The notes under the pieces: generated by a model
Told to the model about the DNA's origin: nothing
The model's input: the letters and a program-made list of their open reading frames with translations, nothing else
The model's database searches: none
Made by a program: the position numbers and the translations under genes
Shown here: in pieces, positions 23,087 through 32,056 of the stretch
Layout: each line of letters opens with the position of its first letter
How positions within the stretch are numbered: position 1 is the first letter of the stretch
From: Candidatus Omnitrophota bacterium
Lineage (GTDB): Bacteria; Omnitrophota; Gorgyraeia; Duberdicusellales; 4484-171
Assembly (NCBI GenBank): GCA_014729775.1
Contig: WJJJ01000026.1
Coordinates: 16,948-80,947, forward strand
Direction of reading: 5' to 3'
DNA: 64,000 nucleotides

Positions 23087-24796
23087 TTAATACGCGATCG
23101 CCACTGAAAGCACTTCCTCAAGGGAAGTGACCCCTTCTTCAACCCTTTTGATCCCGCTCTCCAGCAGCGACTGGGATCCGTTCTTCCTCGCCGCCGCCAT
23201 GATCTCTCCCGGCGGCGCGTCGCGGGAGATCGCTTCACGGATCGAGTCATCGACATAGATGATTTCGGCCACCACGGTCCGTCCGCGGTACCCCACCATA
23301 TTACACTTTTCACACCCCTTGGGCCGGTAAATCACCGGCACATTGATCTTGACGTTTCGCGGCATATCTTCGGGTTTCACTTCATAGGCTTCTTTGCACT
23401 CCGGACACAAACGCCTCACCAGACGCTGGGCGACGATCAGCCGCAGAGAAGCCACGACCATATACTTAGGCACGCCGATATCGACCAGCCGGTCGATAGT
23501 CGTGGGGGCGTCGTTGGTATGCAGAGTGGAAAGGACCAGGTGGCCGGTAAGCGCCGAACGGATACCGATTTCCGCGGTTTCCAGATCGCGCACCTCCCCC
23601 ACCAGAATGATGTCCGGATCCTGGCGCAGAAACGAGCGCAGGGCGTTGGCGAAAGTAAGACCGATTTCCGGTTTTACCTGAACCTGGTTGATCCCCTGAA
23701 TCCGGTACTCGACCGGATCTTCAATGGTAAGCGTGTTCTTGGCCGACGATTTGATCTCGTTCAGTGCCGAATACAGCGTGGTCGATTTTCCGCTCCCGGT
23801 CGGCCCGACCAGAAAGACCAGCCCATAGGAGGAGGATATACCGTGACGAATCTTCTCCAGCTCATCCGGGAAAAAACCCAGTTTGGCCAAATCCAGCGGC
23901 ACGCGTGATTTATCCAGGATCCGCATGACTACCTTTTCCCCGAAAATCGTGGGCACCGTCGAGACCCGCAGATCGATCAGCCGTTTCATGATCTTGACCA
24001 TGAATCCGCCGTCCTGGGGCAGGCGTTTTTCCGCGATGTCCATTTTGGATAAGATCTTGACGCGGGAGACGATCGGCAAATACAGCGACACCGGCGGCGA
24101 CGGCATTTCATATAACACACCGTCGATACGGTAGCGCAGGGAAAGCTGTCCGTGGTGAGGCTCAATGTGGATATCGGAAGCGCTTTCCTCTATCGCCTGG
24201 CGGATGATCAAATCCACCAGTTTGACTACCGGCGCTTCCTCGGCCCGCGCGATCAGCGTATCCAGACTCAAATCGGTCTCTTCCGAGCCGATCTCCTTGA
24301 TTTCCTCATCGACCGTTTTTTCCACCGCGTCCATAGCTTCGCGGTAAAACTTATCCTTGCCGTAAAAAGATTCAATGGCATGAAGGATGTCGGACTTGGT
24401 ACTCACAACCGGATTTACCTCGCAGCCGGTGAGCTTCTTCAAATTGTCCATCAGGATCAAATCAAGGGGATCAAACATGACCACCGTAAGTGAATTCAGA
24501 CTTTTGGAAAGCGGCAGGACCAGATTCCGGATCGCGAAGTCGTAGGGGATCATGTTTTCCAGATTCTGCTCCGCGGCGGGTTTGAGCTTGCCGGAAGAAA
24601 GAGATACGTAGGGAATGGAAAGCTGCTTACTGAGCGCGATCACGATCTGCTCTTCATTGACATAATCGAGCTGGATCAGCGTTTCGCCCAGTCGTCCGCC
24701 TTCCTTTTTCTGCGCTGAAAGCGCTTCCTTGATCTGATCTTCGGTAACGATCCCTTCTGCGGTGAGAATATCGCCGAGTTTTTTATATCGTGCCAT
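23087..24796 (-). CDS. type II secretion / type IV pilus assembly ATPase (GspE/PilB family)
   Basis: 569 aa; N1E-like N-terminus, Walker A GPTGSGKSTT, Asp/His boxes, tetracysteine CPEC...CEKC. Confidence 0.9.
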   Translation of the reverse strand: MARYKKLGDILTAEGIVTEDQIKEALSAQKKEGGRLGETLIQLDYVNEEQIVIALSKQLSIPYVSLSSGKLKPAAEQNLENMIPYDFAIRNLVLPLSKSLNSLTVVMFDPLDLILMDNLKKLTGCEVNPVVSTKSDILHAIESFYGKDKFYREAMDAVEKTVDEEIKEIGSEETDLSLDTLIARAEEAPVVKLVDLIIRQAIEESASDIHIEPHHGQLSLRYRIDGVLYEMPSPPVSLYLPIVSRVKILSKMDIAEKRLPQDGGFMVKIMKRLIDLRVSTVPTIFGEKVVMRILDKSRVPLDLAKLGFFPDELEKIRHGISSSYGLVFLVGPTGSGKSTTLYSALNEIKSSAKNTLTIEDPVEYRIQGINQVQVKPEIGLTFANALRSFLRQDPDIILVGEVRDLETAEIGIRSALTGHLVLSTLHTNDAPTTIDRLVDIGVPKYMVVASLRLIVAQRLVRRLCPECKEAYEVKPEDMPRNVKINVPVIYRPKGCEKCNMVGYRGRTVVAEIIYVDDSIREAISRDAPPGEIMAAARKNGSQSLLESGIKRVEEGVTSLEEVLSVAIAY

Positions 24797-24799
24797 ACC

Positions 24800-24819
24800 T
24801 TCTTTCCGTTGAGAAAGAA
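24800..24819 (-). promoter_or_regulatory. perfect 7-bp inverted repeat (TTCTTTC-N6-GAAAGAA) overlapping the Shine-Dalgarno-like sequence of the GspE/PilB gene
   Basis: mRNA reads uucuuuc-ucaacg-gaaagaa-ggu-AUG; the 3' arm contains the only purine-rich SD-like element. Confidence 0.3.
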
Positions 24820-24844
24820 TGTGCCGCGCGCCTGCGATCGCTAC

Positions 24845-26386
24845 TCACCGGGCGTATCGGTCAAGCGTCTGCTCAATGAGCACGCGTTTTTGCGGATTAT
24901 ACTGTTCGCGATGCGGCATCATCGTTTTCTGCGCTAACTGCCTGGTTTTTTCTTCAAGCACGTGCGGCGTCAGGAACACGAGAAGTTCACGCTCCTGCAC
25001 GTCCTGGTTTTTCCACCGGAAAAAACGTCCCAAAAAGGGCACATCACCCAAAATCGGCACTTTAGTATTGTTTTTCGTGGACTCGGTCTTAATTAGTCCG
25101 CCGATCAGCAGAGTCTCGCCGTTCTCAAGACGGGCGATCGCGGTCGCCGACCGTTCCTCGGGATCCTTAATGCTTCCCGCAATAAACGCCTCCGCGGTCT
25201 CGGTCCCCAGCGTAAATCCGCTGTCTTTCGCTTCCCGAACCACCGCTTCCACAAACAGGGTGATCTCGTCGTTCTCGTGATTCACCTGCGGCGTGACCCG
25301 GAGCCGGGTCCCGGTCTGCGCACGTTCGGTGGTAAAGGTCGTTCTGTCGGTATCTCCCGACTCCTCGCGTGTCACTCCGATCGCCTCATCGGTCGTGATC
25401 TGAATTTCCGCGGTCTGATTGGCCAGGGTAAGAATCCGCGGCCGGGCCAGAGATTTGGTATCCGACAAACTGCGCAGAAAATTCAGCACCAGATCAGCCC
25501 CCACCACGGTCAGGACCGTGGGAGTGAACGAGCCCGCGGGGTTTCCGCTGAATTCCCAGTTATCCAGGATAGCTCCTTCCTGCACGTCAAATGAGCCGTA
25601 GTTCGGCGTCGCCGAATACTCGCCGAACGGGAACCGGGTAAATCTCGTTCCCGATACTCCCAGCGAGACCAGGCTGTCCGGCCAGTTGACTCCCATTTTA
25701 TCGATGTTGCGCTTGGACACGTCCAGCATTTCCACCTCGATCATCACCCGCTTCGGTGATCTGTCCAGCCGGTAAATCACCTCGTCGATCATGGGAAACT
25801 GCGCGGGCACATCCACGACGATCAGAGAATTGGTGATCGGATCCTCGCTCACTCTTCCGAATTCGCTGAGCACGGTCTCCACCGCTTTTTTCAGCCCGAT
25901 GAGTTCTTCCTGATCGCCTTCTTCACCCTCTTCTCCTTCTTCGCCTTCTTCCTCCCCGGTACCCATCACGGAATCGATTTCGGTTTTCATCCGGGTGGAA
26001 TCCACGCGCAGATATTTGAGCTGATACACCTTGGTTTTCAGCTCGATGGTCGGCTTGCCCATCTCCTTGACCACGAACACATTGGCCTCCGGATAAAAAT
26101 CGTAGGTAAGATTGTTCGCTTTAAAAATGATATCCAGCGCTTCCTTTAACGGCACGTCCTCCAGATAGAGCACCAGCTTTCGGTCCTGCACCGCTTCGGT
26201 GGAAACGAAATTCAAACCGGTCTGCTGGGAAAGCATCTTGAGCACCCCCACCAGACGCGCGCCTTCCAGATCAAGAGAAACCCGTTTCTTGACGCCGGCG
26301 ATCAGGTAATCACCGTACATGGAATCCTGAGCCCCGGCACTCAGGCCGACGGTAAGCAACAGCAATAAAACGAGCAGTCTTTTCAT
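24845..26386 (-). CDS. secretin (GspD/PilQ family outer-membrane channel)
   Basis: Signal peptide, N-domains, C-terminal secretin motif VPILGDVPFLGRFFR; contains a GEEGEEGEEGEE insertion. Confidence 0.85.
   Translation of the reverse strand: MKRLLVLLLLLTVGLSAGAQDSMYGDYLIAGVKKRVSLDLEGARLVGVLKMLSQQTGLNFVSTEAVQDRKLVLYLEDVPLKEALDIIFKANNLTYDFYPEANVFVVKEMGKPTIELKTKVYQLKYLRVDSTRMKTEIDSVMGTGEEEGEEGEEGEEGDQEELIGLKKAVETVLSEFGRVSEDPITNSLIVVDVPAQFPMIDEVIYRLDRSPKRVMIEVEMLDVSKRNIDKMGVNWPDSLVSLGVSGTRFTRFPFGEYSATPNYGSFDVQEGAILDNWEFSGNPAGSFTPTVLTVVGADLVLNFLRSLSDTKSLARPRILTLANQTAEIQITTDEAIGVTREESGDTDRTTFTTERAQTGTRLRVTPQVNHENDEITLFVEAVVREAKDSGFTLGTETAEAFIAGSIKDPEERSATAIARLENGETLLIGGLIKTESTKNNTKVPILGDVPFLGRFFRWKNQDVQERELLVFLTPHVLEEKTRQLAQKTMMPHREQYNPQKRVLIEQTLDRYAR
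25913..25960 (-). repeat. in-frame tandem 9-bp repeats (GAAGARGGN x4) encoding GEEGEEGEEGEE in the secretin gene
   Basis: Plus strand gccttcttcaccctcttctccttcttcgccttcttcc; translates on the minus strand to EEGEEGEEGEEGD. Confidence 0.7.
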
Positions 26387-26417
26387 TATTCCTCCTTCAA
26401 ATTGGGAATACGATTCG

Positions 26418-26822
26418 TTATTTGGTCACCCCGCGCTTAAATAACTTTCCCCGGTACATAAAAAACACGTTATTTTCTTCGATCTTGAACACCGTCGCCT
26501 CGGCGTCATTATAATACACCGTTTCGCCGACCGCGTATACATCGTCGTTGATCAGGGCCCGCGGCGTATCAGTACCCCATAAAATCCCCTGCACCGGGAT
26601 AGACGGCAGTACGATCGTTTCCGGCTCGGGTTCACCCTGCGGCCCTCCCGGCTCCTCGGGCAGTAATGATTTAAACGGATCGCGTTCGACCGCCGGAATA
26701 CTCAGGGGGACATCGGACACCTGCGCCAGCCCCGCGCGTTCCCCCCGCCACACGCCCGTAAAGGCCAAGGCCGCGGTCAGCGATAGGATCACTCCGGCTT
26801 TATGACACCACAATCTCATCAT
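26418..26822 (-). CDS. PilP/GspC-HR-like periplasmic protein (secretin-interacting)
   Basis: Signal/TM segment, Pro/Glu-rich linker, C-terminal beta-domain resembling PilP / GspC HR (GILWGTDTPRALINDDVYAVGETV). Confidence 0.4.
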   Translation of the reverse strand: MMRLWCHKAGVILSLTAALAFTGVWRGERAGLAQVSDVPLSIPAVERDPFKSLLPEEPGGPQGEPEPETIVLPSIPVQGILWGTDTPRALINDDVYAVGETVYYNDAEATVFKIEENNVFFMYRGKLFKRGVTK

Positions 26823-27313
26823 TCCCCCTGCAGGACATAATACCCGACCAGATCGGCGCGTACCCGCTTGCCGCCGTTCCGGGCCTCACGCACCGTCATG
26901 GTCTTCACCTGGATATTCTTGTGCTCCACCGTATTTACGAACTCCAGAATATCGGTGTACGTTTCGGAAGTGAATTCAAGATAAATTTCCGACACCCCGT
27001 ACCCGTCCTCTTCCCGCTGTTTGGGACGCAGCGCCTCCATATCGACCCCGCTCTCATACGCCGCCTGCTCCACGAAGCGTTTATACTCAATGGGATCGGA
27101 AAAGGCGAACGCTTCGCGCAGAGCCCCGAATTCTTTGTTCACACGTCTCCAGGACGCGATCATCTCCTGTCCCTCTTTCACCTCTTCGACCTGGCGGTTG
27201 ACCGCCTCAAGATCTCCTGCGTATTTCTTGTAGACGCCGTGTACGACAAACGCGGTCACTACCGCGAGCGTCACCACGATAAACACATTTTTATATTCCG
27301 ACAGACGGTTCAT
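26819..27313 (-). CDS. PilO/GspM-like bitopic inner-membrane assembly protein
   Basis: Single N-terminal TM, coiled coil, periplasmic domain; position between the PilM-N fusion and the PilP-like gene. Confidence 0.5.
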   Translation of the reverse strand: MNRLSEYKNVFIVVTLAVVTAFVVHGVYKKYAGDLEAVNRQVEEVKEGQEMIASWRRVNKEFGALREAFAFSDPIEYKRFVEQAAYESGVDMEALRPKQREEDGYGVSEIYLEFTSETYTDILEFVNTVEHKNIQVKTMTVREARNGGKRVRADLVGYYVLQGE

Positions 27314-28797
27314 TTCTCCTCCATCCGAATTTCGAACGAAGTCACTTCATATTCATTTTGCGCGTTCCGTGTCGATGAAACCATCTCCACCGATCCGAAC
27401 AGCCCGAATCGAGAGTTGTGCTCCCGGAGTTCCCGTACGAATTCATCGATACTGACCCGCTCCTTCAGGCTGTCGCCGAGGAACGAAAATCCCGATACAC
27501 TTCCTTGATATCCGTTCTCCCGTTTGGTCAACCGTATTTCATTGAGCCATATGCCGTCGGGCAGTACGTCCGGCAGATTATTGAAAAAGGAACTGGTCCG
27601 TTTGAATTTATCCTGAAGACGCCGAAGGACCGTCACTTCGTTGCGGCGCGACTGCAGACGCTGTGCCCGGTCTTCCCAGGAGAGCCCGCGGAATTCCTCG
27701 GGCAGATTCAGCGCGGCTTCCATTTTGTTCAGCTTCAGCTTCTGGTCAAAGATCACGTTACTGAAAAGCACCGCCACCAGGACCGACGCAAGGATCCCCA
27801 CGCCCAGCACGATCCCGATCGCCAGGTAATTGATCCCCACCCTGGTAGGTTCCATCGACTGCTGTATTTTTACTTCCTCTTCCTTGGTTTCCTGCAATTC
27901 GGGCGAAAACTTGTAGGGGAAAGTTTCCCGACCGGCGGTCCCCAGCGCTTTTGCCCCCTCGACCTCGTTCACCCGATCGTCGATTTCAGTCGCCAGTACC
28001 GCGGATATGTCCAGCTGGAGATCCTCTTTCAACGCAGCAATGATGTCCTCCCGCGGCGTATCGGTCACTACCACCAGTTTATTGATGGAATAGGCCCGGA
28101 ATTCCCGCAGAAAATACTGAAAAGAGAGTCTCACCGACTCGGTGTATTTGCCCGTGTCGAACTCACCCTCCTGTTCCACCGCCAAATAGCGGTTAAATAC
28201 CGGCAGTTCGTTATAGAAGAAGGTCAGATACGACTCGTGCCGGGTAAGATCGAGCACGGCAAAATTTTTCAAGCCTGAATATTTTTTCACTGACTTGAGC
28301 GTCCGTACCAGCGCGATACAAGCCGGTTCGATGATGGTCGGGGTAAGGTCAAGGTGAGAAAAGATCGTCTGGACTTTCCGGTAATTCTCCTGCTTTATCC
28401 CGATAAAACAGACCATCAGCTTTTTTTCCTTCGCCAGACGGGCGTAGCTGTAATCCCAGATCAGTTCGGTCACCTTAAAGGGAATATGTTTTTCGATCTC
28501 GTACATGAGCGAGGCGCTGAGTTCGTTCTTGTTCATCATCGGCATTTCGAACGAACGGAAGATGAAATCCCGGTCGCCGAGGGCGACGCTCACGTCTTTT
28601 TCGTCACTGTGAATCTGACGGAGGGTTTTATTGATCAGGGCTTCCCATTTGACGTCTTCGCTCAATGTTTCGACCTGTGCGTCCTCCTCAAGAGAAGAGA
28701 GATCGAACTTTGCCGCGGCCAGGGCGCGCTTGGCTTCGGCCAGAACCGCCCCGATCGAATTCACGCCCAAATAAATACCGAGATTTTTTCGTGCCAT
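27310..28797 (-). CDS. PilM-PilN fusion protein (GspL-like architecture)
   Basis: N-terminal actin-like PilM domain (LGIYLGVNSIGAVLAE...), central TM (INYLAIGIVLGVGILASVLVAVLF), periplasmic PilN-like coiled coil. Confidence 0.6.
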   Translation of the reverse strand: MARKNLGIYLGVNSIGAVLAEAKRALAAAKFDLSSLEEDAQVETLSEDVKWEALINKTLRQIHSDEKDVSVALGDRDFIFRSFEMPMMNKNELSASLMYEIEKHIPFKVTELIWDYSYARLAKEKKLMVCFIGIKQENYRKVQTIFSHLDLTPTIIEPACIALVRTLKSVKKYSGLKNFAVLDLTRHESYLTFFYNELPVFNRYLAVEQEGEFDTGKYTESVRLSFQYFLREFRAYSINKLVVVTDTPREDIIAALKEDLQLDISAVLATEIDDRVNEVEGAKALGTAGRETFPYKFSPELQETKEEEVKIQQSMEPTRVGINYLAIGIVLGVGILASVLVAVLFSNVIFDQKLKLNKMEAALNLPEEFRGLSWEDRAQRLQSRRNEVTVLRRLQDKFKRTSSFFNNLPDVLPDGIWLNEIRLTKRENGYQGSVSGFSFLGDSLKERVSIDEFVRELREHNSRFGLFGSVEMVSSTRNAQNEYEVTSFEIRMEEK

Positions 28798-28988
28798 CAG
28801 CCCTCTTTCGATTTACAGCTCTTCAGCCACTCGTCGATATACTTTCGGTCGAACCGCCACACCTTCCCGATTTTGATCCCTGAAATCTTCTTCTGATGCA
28901 GCCAGTTGTAGATCGTCTGCTTCTTCAGCCCGAGATAATCGGCAAGCTCGTCGACACTCATCAGGCGGGATGTTTTGTTTTTCTTCAT
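28797..28988 (-). CDS. helix-turn-helix DNA-binding protein (excisionase/MerR-like HTH_17 family)
   Basis: 63 aa; LMSVDELADYLGLKKQTIYNWLHQKKISGIKIGKVWRF matches the excisionase-family HTH. Its stop overlaps the PilM-N start (ATGA at 28795-28799). Confidence 0.65.
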   Translation of the reverse strand: MKKNKTSRLMSVDELADYLGLKKQTIYNWLHQKKISGIKIGKVWRFDRKYIDEWLKSCKSKEG

Positions 28989-29032
28989 CTGTACTCTTTT
29001 TCTTACTTTTACTATAATCTCTATACATATTC

Positions 29033-29061
29033 ATTTAAATATTTTTATTTAATAAAGTCAA
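29033..29061 (-). promoter_or_regulatory. candidate sigma70-type promoter for the HTH/pilus operon
   Basis: Minus strand TTGACT (29056-29061), 17 nt, TTAAAT (29033-29038), about 45 nt upstream of the HTH start. Confidence 0.3.
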
Positions 29062-29091
29062 GTAATTTTTATCATCTTTTTACGCGGTTTT

Positions 29092-29171
29092 CCTATATAT
29101 TGTGGTTTTCAATCCCCCCCCCGATATATAGGGCATAAAAATGCTCCCACGACCCGCTGTTTCTATATAGG
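29092..29171 (-). promoter_or_regulatory. three copies of a (C)CTATATA(T/G)G motif, two inverted and flanking the C9 tract plus one direct; candidate operator
   Basis: CCTATATAT at 29092-29100, ATATATAGG at 29124-29132 (inverted repeat of the first), TCTATATAGG at 29162-29171. Confidence 0.45.
29114..29122 (-). repeat. homopolymeric C9 (G9 on the transcribed strand) tract in the pilus-cluster promoter region
   Basis: Nine consecutive C at 29114-29122, inside the only strongly AT-rich intergenic region of the window. Confidence 0.85.
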
Positions 29172-29219
29172 TATTAATGGAGAAAACAGGCCGAACCCAC
29201 ACGGAAGCGGACCGCGCCT

Positions 29220-30674
29220 TTACCGGCCGGCGGCGGGGTTCCATTTCACCTCAAGCGCCCGTGCCGCCCGTGCTTCATCGACCCGTCCGCCCGGCCGGGA
29301 AAGAGGTGCCCGGAGAAGCCGGTCGGGTTCCTCCCGCGCCTCACGGCAAATGGCCCGCACTGCCTCGATGAACCGGTCCAGAGTCTCTTTGGATTCGGTT
29401 TCGGTTGGTTCGACCATCAAGGCTTCTTTGACGATAAGAGGGAAATACATGGTAGGCGGATGAATTCCGTAATCAATAAGTCTCTTGGCGACGTCATAGG
29501 CCCTCACCCCTCTTCCTGCCAGCGACGCACAGGAAAAAACCGCCTCATGCATGCAGGCGCGGTCATAGGGCACATCCAGCACCTCTTTGAGCATCCTCTG
29601 TACATAGTTGGCGTTGAGCACCGCGTGTTCGGACATTCTCCGCAGCCCCGCGCCTCCCAATCTCAATACATAGGCGTAGGCCCTGACGCAGACGAGAAAA
29701 TTGCCGTAAAAGCTGCGGATCGTCCCGATAGTTTCCGGCGACCCTTGAGACCAGGAATACCGGCCGTCGCGCCGTTCAATGCGGGGAACGGGAAGATAGG
29801 CACGCAAGCGCTCAGTCACTCCCACGACCCCCGCGCCGGGCCCGCCGCAGCCATGAGGCGTGGAAAATGTTTTATGTAAATTAAGATGCATCACGTCAAA
29901 TCCCATGGCCCGGGGCGCCCCGATCCCGGCCAGCGCGTTGAAATTAGCCCCGTCATAATACAACAGCGCGCCTTTCTCATGAGCCATACGCTTCAGTTCA
30001 GAGATTTCCTCTTCGAATATCCCCAGCGTGTTGGGATTGGTGAGCATCACCGCGGCGGTCTGTTCGTTCAGCGCCCGGGAGAACGCCCGCGCGTCCACGC
30101 AGCCTCCGGAGTTACTGGGCACGACGACGGTCGCATATCCGCACATCGCCGCGCTTGCCGGATTTGTTCCGTGCGCGGAATCCGGAACGAGCACGTGGGT
30201 TTTCTTTACTCCCCGCTGTTCATGATACTTGCGGATCATCATCATGCCGGTAAATTCACCGTGCGCCCCGCTGGAAGGGATCAGGCTGAAATAATCCATG
30301 CCGGTGATCGCGCACAGACAGCGTTCCAATTCATAGAGCAGTCCCAGCGCGCCCTGAACGCTGTCCTCCGGCTGGTAGGGATGTAAATCGCGCAGTCCCT
30401 CCAGCGCGGCCGCCTGTTCGTGAAGACGGGGATTGTGCTTCATGGTGCATGAACCGAGAGGATAAAAATTACCGTCCACGGAAAAATTATTTGCGGCCAG
30501 CGCGCTGAAATGGCGAACGGTTTCCCGCTCTCCCGGATCGGGCAGGGGCAGCGTCTCCCGCAGGAGTTTTCGGGGAAAAATGTCGGTCAGGGATACGTCC
30601 GGAACCCCGCTGTCCGGAACATAGGTAGGCGCTTCGCTCCCGGAATATCGATCAAACACGAACCTGTCCACCAT
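29220..30674 (-). CDS. gcvPB: glycine dehydrogenase (decarboxylating) subunit 2
   Basis: 484 aa; PLP-lysine region NLHKTFSTPHGCGGPG. Confidence 0.9.
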   Translation of the reverse strand: MVDRFVFDRYSGSEAPTYVPDSGVPDVSLTDIFPRKLLRETLPLPDPGERETVRHFSALAANNFSVDGNFYPLGSCTMKHNPRLHEQAAALEGLRDLHPYQPEDSVQGALGLLYELERCLCAITGMDYFSLIPSSGAHGEFTGMMMIRKYHEQRGVKKTHVLVPDSAHGTNPASAAMCGYATVVVPSNSGGCVDARAFSRALNEQTAAVMLTNPNTLGIFEEEISELKRMAHEKGALLYYDGANFNALAGIGAPRAMGFDVMHLNLHKTFSTPHGCGGPGAGVVGVTERLRAYLPVPRIERRDGRYSWSQGSPETIGTIRSFYGNFLVCVRAYAYVLRLGGAGLRRMSEHAVLNANYVQRMLKEVLDVPYDRACMHEAVFSCASLAGRGVRAYDVAKRLIDYGIHPPTMYFPLIVKEALMVEPTETESKETLDRFIEAVRAICREAREEPDRLLRAPLSRPGGRVDEARAARALEVKWNPAAGR

Positions 30675-31998
30675 GAAGGATCTCCTCTAACGCGGAAACA
30701 TACGCGTCTATATCCTGTTTGGTTTTCTTTTCTGTACAGCAGGAAAGAATTCCTCCGTCCAGCCCGGGAAACTCTTTGCCGGTAGGATACCCGCCCAGGA
30801 TCCCTTTGCGGCGAAGCGCCTCAAGTACCGCCGCCGGACGCGCCACCTGCCACACGAACTCATGAAACACCCCCGGTCCGTAAGGAAGTGTTACGCCGGA
30901 GAGCCCTTTCATTTTCCGGTACAGATACTGCGTGTTGCGCACACACTGGCGGGCGGTATGCGTAAGCCCCCGCGACCCCTGCAATGACAGGTACACCGCG
31001 GCGGCGATCGCCTGAAGTGAATGATTGGAACAAATATTACTGGTCGCCTTCTCTCTGCGAATGTGCTGTTCTCTGGTCTGCAGTGTCAGGCAGAAGGCGT
31101 CGTTACCGCCGGCATCGACCGTACGACCCACGATCCGGCCCGGCAACTGCCGGATCATCCGCCGGGACGCGGCTAAATACCCCCCTCCCGGTCCGCCGAA
31201 GTTCACCCCGCAGCCGAAAGGCTGGATGTCGCCGCAGATGAGATCACCCGAAGGCTGAAAGAGCGCCAGCGACAGGGGATTGGCAACGACGATCAGCAGG
31301 GTATCCGTCGTTCGGCACAGACGGTGGATCTCCTCGGCATCTTCGATCAGGCCGAAAAAATTGGGCGCCTGCACCACGCAGCAGGACACCTCTCGGCTCA
31401 GCGCGCGGCGCCAGGCGGAAATATCCAGCGTCCCGGCGGCCGCACGGGGAACCTCTTCGCAGATACATTCCTGCGCGGAAAGATACGTCCTCAGCGTACG
31501 TTTGTATTCAGGATGCACGGAATCGGCAAGCAGCACCCACCCCCGCCGGTTCAGACGAAGCGCCATGCGCACCGCTTCCCCGAGAGCAGTCGCGCCGTCG
31601 AGCAGGGACGCATTCGTCACCTCCTTGCCGGTAAGCAGACAGATGAAACTCTGATATTCAAAAATTGCCTGAAGAATACCCTGCGAACATTCCGGCTGGT
31701 AAGGGGTGTATGCCGTGACAAACTGGGGAAGCGATACCAGCGAGGAAAGCGCGGCCGGCACGTAATGGTCGTAACAGCCCGCGCCGAGAAAGGAATTCCA
31801 GCGCGAAAGCGGCGTGTTCTCCCCGGCGCGGCGGCGCAGCAGCTGGAGCACTTCGTATTCGCTCAGCCCCCGGGGAAGCGGCGGCGCAGAAAAGCGCAGC
31901 TCGTTGGGGATGTGTCGGAAAAGCTCTTCCGCGCTCCGGACGCCGATCGCATCCAGCATTTCTTTTCGTTCCTGTGAAGAATGGGGAATATACGGCAT
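30652..31998 (-). CDS. gcvPA: glycine dehydrogenase (decarboxylating) subunit 1
   Basis: Start taken at MPYIPHSSQERKEMLDAIGV, the canonical GcvPA N-terminus; about 448 aa. Confidence 0.9.
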   Translation of the reverse strand: MPYIPHSSQERKEMLDAIGVRSAEELFRHIPNELRFSAPPLPRGLSEYEVLQLLRRRAGENTPLSRWNSFLGAGCYDHYVPAALSSLVSLPQFVTAYTPYQPECSQGILQAIFEYQSFICLLTGKEVTNASLLDGATALGEAVRMALRLNRRGWVLLADSVHPEYKRTLRTYLSAQECICEEVPRAAAGTLDISAWRRALSREVSCCVVQAPNFFGLIEDAEEIHRLCRTTDTLLIVVANPLSLALFQPSGDLICGDIQPFGCGVNFGGPGGGYLAASRRMIRQLPGRIVGRTVDAGGNDAFCLTLQTREQHIRREKATSNICSNHSLQAIAAAVYLSLQGSRGLTHTARQCVRNTQYLYRKMKGLSGVTLPYGPGVFHEFVWQVARPAAVLEALRRKGILGGYPTGKEFPGLDGGILSCCTEKKTKQDIDAYVSALEEILHGGQVRV

Positions 31999-32056
31999 TG
32001 TGCTGGAAAAAACCGCACCCAAAACGAAACGACGCCGCGTCCCGGGTGCATCTGTT

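Noticed and set aside
28989-29219. AT-rich island considered as a horizontally acquired or mobile-element boundary
   Set aside because: No integrase, transposase, tRNA or direct-repeat flanks are present. The flanking genes (gcv operon, pilus operon) share the genomic GC and codon style. I read it as a promoter/regulatory region.
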